Assembly: GCA_019429005.1 (NCBI GenBank)
Contig: JAHYJR010000005.1
Coordinates: forward strand, 1-64,000
Length of the DNA stretch: 64,000 nucleotides
DNA from: Nanobdellati archaeon
GTDB lineage: Archaea; EX4484-52; GLR71
Reading direction: 5' to 3'
Position numbers and translations under genes: made by a program. Numbering within the stretch: the first letter of the stretch is position 1; each line of letters begins with the position of its first letter. This document shows, piece by piece, positions 56,908-64,000 of this stretch. The notes under the pieces are model-generated. The model worked only from the letters and a program-made list of their open reading frames with translations, was not told the DNA's origin and did no database searches.

Positions 56908-58735
56908 TATGAAAGTTTCAGTTAAAAAATCATTTTCAAAACTTGCAAAGTCTTATAATACGTATAGATTAGCCTCTAATAAAAAAGCACTTTTTATGGA
57001 ACAAAATGATGGTAATTCATCTACAAATAATATTAATAATAATACTAATACTAGTTCTATTACGCACGTAAAAGAAATTGTTAAATATGTTGATTCTAAA
57101 GATAGTTCAAATAGTGATAATAAACAGTATAATGATGGTTCTAGTGAGGATGTTGATTATACTCCGGTAGACATAGGTAATTTGTTTGTCACTAAGAAAA
57201 ATATACTTAAACAACATGAACATGAGTTGGAGGAGGTTGACGTAAAATATCCTGTAACTCCTGTTGCACCAAAAAATGGTGAGAAAATATATGCTTGGGT
57301 AAATATTAAATGGGACAAAACGGATAATTCTTTAGTATATTACATAATTGAACCTTATGTGACTGCAGAAGATCTAAAACGTATAGATCAGATAAAAAAA
57401 GTTATTGAAGAAGAAATAGATATAGATTTTCAATCTTTCAATAAGGAAAGTGCAAAAGATTATCTTACAGATAATTTGAAGGTCATTATTGACCGTTTTG
57501 GTGTTACAATTGGTGCCGAGAAAATGGATGTTTATAAGTATTATGTTTTACGTGATTTTATAGGTTTTGGGGCATTACAACCAATATTAGATGATGAGAA
57601 TATTGAAGATATTAGTTGTGATGGTTCTGATATACCTATATTTGTATACCATAGAGATCCTCGTTTTGGTTCAATTAAAACATCCGTTCTGCTTGATGAT
57701 GCTTATCTTGATGATCTTGTTATGAAAATGGCTCAAAGGTCAGGTAGGAGTATATCTATGGCAGAACCTATTTTACAAGGTGCTCTTCCAGATGGGTCTA
57801 GGGTACAAGCTACTCTTGCAACAGATGTTGCAACACGTGGTTCTAATTTTACAATACGTAAATTTTCAAAAGAACCACATACACCCGTAAATATGCTTAA
57901 ATATAAGACAATGGATTCTAAACTGTTATCATATCTTTGGTTTGCTATAGAAAATAGTAAATCTGTATTTGTTGTTGGTGCAACTGCTGCAGGTAAAACA
58001 TCTCTTCTTAATGCATTATCTCTTTTCATAAAACCAGATTTTAAAATTGTAAGTATTGAAGATACTCCCGAAATACAGTTACCTCATGAGCATTGGGTTG
58101 CAGAAGTTGCTCGAACTGAGACTGAAGAAGGTCCCAAAAAGAAAGGTAGTGTTGATATGTTTGAGCTTCTTAAGGGTTCTTTAAGGCAAAGACCCGATTT
58201 TATCATAGTGGGTGAAATTAGGGGTATTGAAGCTAGTGTACTTTTCCAGCAAATGGCAACAGGGCATCCTGGTATATCAACATTCCATGCAGATTCAATA
58301 GAAAAAGTTATTGATAGGCTTACTACAAGACCAATTAATTTATCTCCAACACTTCTTGAAAATCTTGATATTGTATTATTTGCAAAACGTCTTAGGTATA
58401 AAAATGGTTATATAAGGCGAGTTGTTGAAGTTCGTGAGATCATAAAATATGATACTGAAAAGAAAAAATTGATAACAAATAAAGTATTCTCATGGGATCC
58501 TTTAACAGATACGTTTAAAGTTGCTGCAACTAGTTATCTTCTTGGAAAAATTTCAAAACAAACAGGTATTAGTCAAAATGAAATTAAAGAAGAGATTAAA
58601 AATAGAATGAAAGTTCTTGAATGGATGGGTGATAAGTATATAACTCATTATAAACGGGTTGGTGAAGTGATAAAATCCTATTATAATAATCCCTCGGATA
58701 TATTGGAAATTATAGATGGTGAGAGTAAAAATTGA
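56900..58735 (+). CDS. type IV pilus / type II-IV secretion ATPase (FlaI/VirB11-like)
   Basis: IEDISCDG, LPDGSRV, FTIRKF, GATAAGKTS, SIEDTPE, LRQRPD..VGEIRG, TGH. Confidence 0.95.
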   Translation: MSNMKVSVKKSFSKLAKSYNTYRLASNKKALFMEQNDGNSSTNNINNNTNTSSITHVKEIVKYVDSKDSSNSDNKQYNDGSSEDVDYTPVDIGNLFVTKKNILKQHEHELEEVDVKYPVTPVAPKNGEKIYAWVNIKWDKTDNSLVYYIIEPYVTAEDLKRIDQIKKVIEEEIDIDFQSFNKESAKDYLTDNLKVIIDRFGVTIGAEKMDVYKYYVLRDFIGFGALQPILDDENIEDISCDGSDIPIFVYHRDPRFGSIKTSVLLDDAYLDDLVMKMAQRSGRSISMAEPILQGALPDGSRVQATLATDVATRGSNFTIRKFSKEPHTPVNMLKYKTMDSKLLSYLWFAIENSKSVFVVGATAAGKTSLLNALSLFIKPDFKIVSIEDTPEIQLPHEHWVAEVARTETEEGPKKKGSVDMFELLKGSLRQRPDFIIVGEIRGIEASVLFQQMATGHPGISTFHADSIEKVIDRLTTRPINLSPTLLENLDIVLFAKRLRYKNGYIRRVVEVREIIKYDTEKKKLITNKVFSWDPLTDTFKVAATSYLLGKISKQTGISQNEIKEEIKNRMKVLEWMGDKYITHYKRVGEVIKSYYNNPSDILEIIDGESKN

Positions 58736-58812
58736 TATAGTTTATCCCTATATCTATTTCATATATTAGATTGATACAAGTATATTTTGATATTGTTTAT
58801 TAGGTTGGTTAT

Positions 58813-59721
58813 ATGTCTTCTTCATCTTCAAATAATTCTTTAACAAATGCATTTAAAGCAATATCTGTAAAATTATTTGGAGGTCTTGTACAAAATTATC
58901 TTGCAGACCATTTAGTATTTTTAAGAAAACAAATGAAAAAAGCCGGTTTAAGTACGTCTCTTATTGATTATGTGTCAATGTCAATATTGACAAGTATCAT
59001 AGTTTTTGTTTTAGTGACCTTATCAATAACTGTCGTTGCAACATTAATAGTTTCGAATATTATAATTGGTGCATTTCTTGGATTTTTTTCAGGATTTATA
59101 TCAGGGGTGGGGATTTTATTTTTATTTTATACATATCCAGATATTTACATAGGTGAGCGTAAGAAAAAAATAGAATCTGATATGCCTTTTGTTATGCTTT
59201 ATCTTGCAGCTATGGCAGGTGGCGGTACACCTCCTGTTGCTATGTTTAGAACTTTAGCAAAATTTAAAGAGTATGGTGAAGTTGCAAAAGAAGCTGAGAA
59301 AATTGTTGAAGAAACAGATGTTCTTGGTATTGATGTATTGACTGCATTTAAAAACGCTGCTGAGCGAACACCCTCTGATCAATTAATTGATCTTTTGTGG
59401 GGTATGCGAACTGTTATAAAATCAGGTGGTGACCTTAAAGTATATCTTAGAGAACGAGCAAAAATAACTATGTCTGAATATCGTCGTCGTCTTAAGCAAT
59501 TTACCGAACAGCTCGCTATGATGACTGAGATGTATATTACTTTAGTTATTGTCGGTTCTGTTTTATTTGTAATAATAACTGCAATTATGGGTGCAATGGG
59601 TGGTTCTGGTTTTGGTCCAATTATAGTTGGTTCACAATTAGGTCTTGTATTCCTTTTACTTCCTGTAGCTTGTATAGGATTTATTGTATTTGCAAAGAGT
59701 ATATCACCAAAAGCTGATTAA
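58813..59721 (+). CDS. pilus membrane platform protein (TadC/T2SS-F family)
   Basis: TM helices, YGEVAKE, AERTPS, SGGDL. Confidence 0.9.
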   Translation: MSSSSSNNSLTNAFKAISVKLFGGLVQNYLADHLVFLRKQMKKAGLSTSLIDYVSMSILTSIIVFVLVTLSITVVATLIVSNIIIGAFLGFFSGFISGVGILFLFYTYPDIYIGERKKKIESDMPFVMLYLAAMAGGGTPPVAMFRTLAKFKEYGEVAKEAEKIVEETDVLGIDVLTAFKNAAERTPSDQLIDLLWGMRTVIKSGGDLKVYLRERAKITMSEYRRRLKQFTEQLAMMTEMYITLVIVGSVLFVIITAIMGAMGGSGFGPIIVGSQLGLVFLLLPVACIGFIVFAKSISPKAD

Positions 59722-59730
59722 GTGAAATAT

Positions 59731-60696
59731 ATGGCTAATAATGAGATTAAATCAAAAACAAAGATAAATACAAGTTCTATTTTAAAGTATGGTTCAATAT
59801 TTTTAGGTTTTGTTATAATCTTCGTTGGTGCTACTTTTTTAATGTCTGGTGCATCAAAACAGGTTGGTATGGTACTTTTTATGGTTGGAGCTCTTGTTTC
59901 AATTGTACCTTCATCAATTTTATCTTATCTTCATTTTTCAAAATATCGTAATATGGAACTTGAATTTCCTAGATTTTTAAGAGATTTAGGTGAAGCAAAA
60001 AAGAGTGGTATGACATTTCCACAAGCGTTTGTATCTAGACGAGATACTAAATATGGTCAATTATCAGAGGAAATCAGAAAAGCTAGTAATCAATTATCAT
60101 GGGGTATACCGTTTTCAAAAGTATTGACTATGATAGTAGAACGTTTAAAAGAAAGTGCACTTTTAAGACGAACCTTTACTATAATTATAGAAGCATTTAA
60201 TGCGGGTGGTGATGTTAGTGAAGTTCTTGATGATCTTTCTAATGATGTTCAAACACTTAAGGAAATTGATGCTGAACGTACAAGTGCACTATCTCAACAA
60301 GTTATAATGATGTATTTTATATCTTTTTTATTTTTAGGGATAATATTGATGCTTTTCAATCTTTTGATACCTATGCTTAGTGCAGATGGTCTTGGTAGTA
60401 TTTCAGGTGCTGAGGGTGGTGCTCTTGTATATTGTGAATATGCAGAATTTTTATGTAGTTTATGTGATGGTTTTAATTGGGAAGGTACTGTTGCTGCTAA
60501 ACAAGCTTCATATAATGATCGAGTAACTGCAAGACAACTTTGTTATTTTAAGAGTCTATTTTTTATGATGGCCTTAATTCAAGCGATTGGTAGTGGTCTT
60601 ATCTCTGGTGAAATGAGTGAGGGTTCTGTTAAGGCGGGTGTTAAACATTGTCTTATATTAGGTATTGTGACTGTAAGTATCTTTATGATTGCTTAA
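59731..60696 (+). CDS. pilus membrane platform protein (TadC/T2SS-F family), second copy
   Basis: FPRFLRDL..KSGM, YGQLSEEI, LSWG, AGGDV, SGLISG. Confidence 0.9.
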   Translation: MANNEIKSKTKINTSSILKYGSIFLGFVIIFVGATFLMSGASKQVGMVLFMVGALVSIVPSSILSYLHFSKYRNMELEFPRFLRDLGEAKKSGMTFPQAFVSRRDTKYGQLSEEIRKASNQLSWGIPFSKVLTMIVERLKESALLRRTFTIIIEAFNAGGDVSEVLDDLSNDVQTLKEIDAERTSALSQQVIMMYFISFLFLGIILMLFNLLIPMLSADGLGSISGAEGGALVYCEYAEFLCSLCDGFNWEGTVAAKQASYNDRVTARQLCYFKSLFFMMALIQAIGSGLISGEMSEGSVKAGVKHCLILGIVTVSIFMIA

Positions 60697-60708
60697 TGGT
60701 GTTTTTTA

Positions 60709-61359
60709 ATGAAATTATATAATCGTTGTGTGTATAAAAAACGTCAAGGTCAAGTCAATATTGATTTTATAGGTGGTTTTCTTCTTTTTATGGTTTCAGT
60801 CATTTATATCTCAACATCAGCTATAAAGATAATACCTTTATATCAAGAAAAGGTTGAATCTGATAATAATAGGCTAGAGCTTTGGACACTTTCTGAGCGT
60901 TTTATAAATTATGTTGAAAGTGAACGTTTTGTATTAGATCCTGAAAAAATGGATGACCTAACAACTATGAATTATGATGCAATCAAAAGATTATTGGGTG
61001 TTGATGAAACGAATAATTTTGTTTTAAGAGTGTATCAATACCCCATAATTACTACTGAAAAAGATATTAATGGTGATTATATTGGTATTGGATCATTTAG
61101 TGGTACAGATGTTATGTTCAATGTAACAGATACAGAGGTTTTAATAAATGGCAAATCTTTTGATTTAGGTGATGCTAAAATATTATCAGAGCGTGTATAT
61201 ACTATTGATGAGATTGATCCTTATCAAAAATATGTCATTTTAAAAACAGTACTTATTGAAAAAGATGATATTTACGAGATTAAGAAAAGTACAAGCCAAT
61301 TAGTACGTTATAGTACCTATGATAATTTTATAACAAGTATAATAATAACGTATTTTTAG
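60709..61359 (+). CDS. minor pilin-like protein (class III signal)
   Basis: KKRQG|QVNIDFIGGFLLF. Confidence 0.78.
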   Translation: MKLYNRCVYKKRQGQVNIDFIGGFLLFMVSVIYISTSAIKIIPLYQEKVESDNNRLELWTLSERFINYVESERFVLDPEKMDDLTTMNYDAIKRLLGVDETNNFVLRVYQYPIITTEKDINGDYIGIGSFSGTDVMFNVTDTEVLINGKSFDLGDAKILSERVYTIDEIDPYQKYVILKTVLIEKDDIYEIKKSTSQLVRYSTYDNFITSIIITYF

Positions 61360-61415
61360 TTGTATCTAATATGTTAAATAATACGGTATGTATGTTAAAT
61401 AATAATGGTGACCTG

Positions 61416-63395
61416 ATGTTTCATAAAAAAAAATCACATTTTAAAAGACGAAAAGGTTATTTTCATTCAATTGAAGGTATTCTTGCAGTGCTTCTTTTAA
61501 TTGGGTATATAGGTGGTGTTTTTTATAGACCTTCAACATTAACAGATTGGGATTCCGCAAATTTACGTCAAGAACTTTCAGATTATTTAGGATCTCTTGA
61601 AAAGACTAATTTGATTGATCTTATACTTGAAAACAAACCTGATGATTTTAAGAGGATAACTGCTAGTTTTTTTGATCCAGAAAAAGATTTTTCGCTTTCA
61701 ACAGAGAATCTTTTGAAGCCAAAGCTTATTGTAGGTGTTCTTACAGGAGATACTACTTTGTTTAATATGTATAAACGAAACATTACAGATAATATTTATG
61801 GTACTGATTATAGGGCAACTGTTAATAATAGACGTGTTGAAATTGTTGTGTTACAGACAAATTTTACTGAAGCACCGTGGGGTGGTTATAATGTTCTTGT
61901 AATCCCTGTGTCTGGAACAGAATCACAGATATCAGCAACACTTGGAACTCAAGGGTATAGTTCGGTTATAAATATGACCTATTTTAAGACCTTTAGTAAT
62001 AATGCTGGTGGTATTGTATTGGTCTCAGATATACCTAATTCAAATATTCTAGATTATACATTCATAAAAACGTTTTTAAATCTGGCATGGTCTCAAAATA
62101 TAACAGATCCTACTGGTTCTTTTTCATATCTTAATGATATTAATCCAAAAGAGATAAGTTATGAAGCACTTAAATATTTTTCATATATCCCTCTTGAGAT
62201 AAATACAGAAACTAGTGGTGAAAGGAATACGTCTATAGAATTTTTTGAAACTAATGTTACAGATGGACCTGGTTTTGTTGATGTGCATCTTGCCGAAACA
62301 GATTATCGTCTGGGAAAAGCATTTTGTACTGTAAACCTTGTTGAACCTTGTGGTGGTGATACAAGAGCGACTCTTGATTATACATATACGCTTTGGTCTA
62401 CAAATAGTATTTATCATTATACTACATTAAATCTTAAGCGAGAAAATTATGGGTTTGTAACGACCCAATCTGGTTCAAATACTATATATGATCGTGTTTT
62501 TATAGATTATGATAATAATGATGATTTGACAACATATTATTTTACAAATGATACAGTACAATATTCATTAGATGAGCTCACAGGCCCTTCAAATGCAACA
62601 CTTTCATTTGATTTTCAACCAACAACTGATGGCCTTGCACAGATTTTAATAACTGTTGAGGCTGTAGGTGAAGAACCTAGTGAAACTGCAATCTATTTTA
62701 ATGGTGTCTTTTTTGGAAATACTAGTGTTATCTCTTCAGATTATAATATTACACAATGTGATAATTCCATATCTTTATGTAATTATACAGTATTAATTAA
62801 TGTTACGGATTTATTAGTAACGGGTTTGAATCATATTGAGTTTTTCAATTATTTGGGCGGTATTCCTTTAGATGAAGTATTATATCATAATATCTCAGCA
62901 ACACTTACAACTGTAAGGGGTTTTTCAGATGGAACTACATTTACTGTTGATAATAATAATTACACAATAATAGAAATTGAACCGAAAGGTTTATATGTTA
63001 AATTATCAATTGATACGCCTCATGAATTTATAACACTTAATACAAACAGTTTTGTATATCCTGCTAATAACTTTTCAAATTCAGCTGAAAATGATTCATA
63101 TTTTGTTATTATGTATGATAATGCCTTAAATGTATTGGGTGGAAATATTCCCGTATCTATTGTAAATTATCTTTTAACTGGAAGCCGTAATGCTTGGGTT
63201 GTCAATAATTTAAAATCTCAAGATGAATGGCATATCTTAAGATCTCTAATATTTTTTGTTTCAGATCATCACGATGATTTTATCTTTACACCGCAAGCAT
63301 TAGGTGATGTTGTGACAACAAGAAATACTATGCTTTCAATTGGCAATATTTATCAACCTTATTGGATTGATTTTAGGGGGTGGTATCGTGTTTAA
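61416..63395 (+). CDS. large pilin-like / adhesin protein (class III signal)
   Basis: RRKG|YFHSIEGILAVLLL, long beta-rich T/N/Y body with many sequons; GGTGA RBS. Confidence 0.8.
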   Translation: MFHKKKSHFKRRKGYFHSIEGILAVLLLIGYIGGVFYRPSTLTDWDSANLRQELSDYLGSLEKTNLIDLILENKPDDFKRITASFFDPEKDFSLSTENLLKPKLIVGVLTGDTTLFNMYKRNITDNIYGTDYRATVNNRRVEIVVLQTNFTEAPWGGYNVLVIPVSGTESQISATLGTQGYSSVINMTYFKTFSNNAGGIVLVSDIPNSNILDYTFIKTFLNLAWSQNITDPTGSFSYLNDINPKEISYEALKYFSYIPLEINTETSGERNTSIEFFETNVTDGPGFVDVHLAETDYRLGKAFCTVNLVEPCGGDTRATLDYTYTLWSTNSIYHYTTLNLKRENYGFVTTQSGSNTIYDRVFIDYDNNDDLTTYYFTNDTVQYSLDELTGPSNATLSFDFQPTTDGLAQILITVEAVGEEPSETAIYFNGVFFGNTSVISSDYNITQCDNSISLCNYTVLINVTDLLVTGLNHIEFFNYLGGIPLDEVLYHNISATLTTVRGFSDGTTFTVDNNNYTIIEIEPKGLYVKLSIDTPHEFITLNTNSFVYPANNFSNSAENDSYFVIMYDNALNVLGGNIPVSIVNYLLTGSRNAWVVNNLKSQDEWHILRSLIFFVSDHHDDFIFTPQALGDVVTTRNTMLSIGNIYQPYWIDFRGWYRV

Positions 63396-63930
63396 TTTTA
63401 TTTTAAGTAATTTCAATAAAAAACGAAGAAAAGGTCAGTTTATGATTATCGGTGCGGTAATCGTTGCTGTTATGCTTTATAAGGTTGCAGCTATACTTAA
63501 TGAGAATCAACATTTTGATCCATCCTTTGCTCAAAAAGATATTTCAACAAATATCTTTAAAGATATAGAATTAGGTCTTTATAAGACTGCGACAAATAAT
63601 CATATTTTTGATAATGATGTACTTGAACTTGTAAATTTTTATAAACGGTTATATCTGCGTGAAGGTTATTATATAGATATTTATGTAAATGAATCTTATA
63701 ATTATTCTAAGCCAACTTCTATAACATTTAGTTCAAAAATGTTAAATTATCATAAAGATTTAGTGCTTTACGTTGTTGATTCTAAGGATTGCACTCTTTT
63801 TGAAACTGAAGATCGTTGTGATTTTATAGATCCTGTTTTATGCTCTTCAATACAAGGTCAAGGTCTTAGTTGTCCAGAACCTGGTTATTTTATAGATAAT
63901 TGTTGTAAAAGTTATAAAAAATGCTGTTGA
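63388..63930 (+). CDS. pilin-like protein with Cys-rich C-terminus
   Basis: KRRKG|QFMIIGAVIVAV; 8 Cys in the last ~50 aa; GTG start after GGGGGTGG. Confidence 0.78.
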   Translation: MFNFILSNFNKKRRKGQFMIIGAVIVAVMLYKVAAILNENQHFDPSFAQKDISTNIFKDIELGLYKTATNNHIFDNDVLELVNFYKRLYLREGYYIDIYVNESYNYSKPTSITFSSKMLNYHKDLVLYVVDSKDCTLFETEDRCDFIDPVLCSSIQGQGLSCPEPGYFIDNCCKSYKKCC

Positions 63931-63942
63931 TTATATTCTTAT

Positions 63943-64000
63943 ATGGAAACTGTATATTTGAAATTTGCATATCTTGGGGATAACTTTAGTGGTTTGCAAA
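63943..64000 (+). CDS. truA: tRNA pseudouridine(38-40) synthase TruA, N-terminus (partial)
   Basis: METVYLKFAYLGDNFSGLQ matches the TruA N-terminal Y.G..F.G.Q motif. Confidence 0.65.
   Translation, partial: METVYLKFAYLGDNFSGLQ

Noticed and set aside
56900-57200. Class III signal-like NKKA|LF in the pilus ATPase N-terminus
   Set aside because: No hydrophobic helix follows; it is a low-complexity extension.

Overview
AT-rich archaeal chromosome segment. The gene content looks like a reduced DPANN-type genome (inference; lineage not resolved). 1-4.5 kb: accessory region next to the 3' end of tRNA-Leu, with an IS630-family transposase split by a -1 frameshift, two tandem paralogous secreted proteins and a nucleotidyltransferase-fold gene. 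4.5-23.7 kb: minus-strand S10-spc-alpha ribosomal superoperon (rpl3 to rpoD, including secY, rnp1, SUI1 and cbf5; adk and cmk absent; a small zinc-finger ORF inserted). 24-46.6 kb: dCTP deaminase/dUTPase, a two-gene solo Cas4-like cassette, rsmA, an SMC with roughly half-length arms plus scpAB, geranylgeranyl reductase, AspRS, a reading frame interrupted by three in-frame TAA codons, an extreme poly-Asp repeat protein, rqcH, deoxyhypusine synthase, Hel308 and two HTH regulators. 46.6-64 kb: a candidate structured RNA ahead of glmS-glmM-glmU (with a 10 x 12-bp tandem repeat inside the operon), thermosome, a type IV pilus locus with 6-7 pilin-like genes and the start of truA. All three tRNAs carry introns, including a D-loop intron in tRNA-Leu(UAA) and a rare tRNA-Ile(UAU). 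All calls are by-eye motif recognition; no searches were run.
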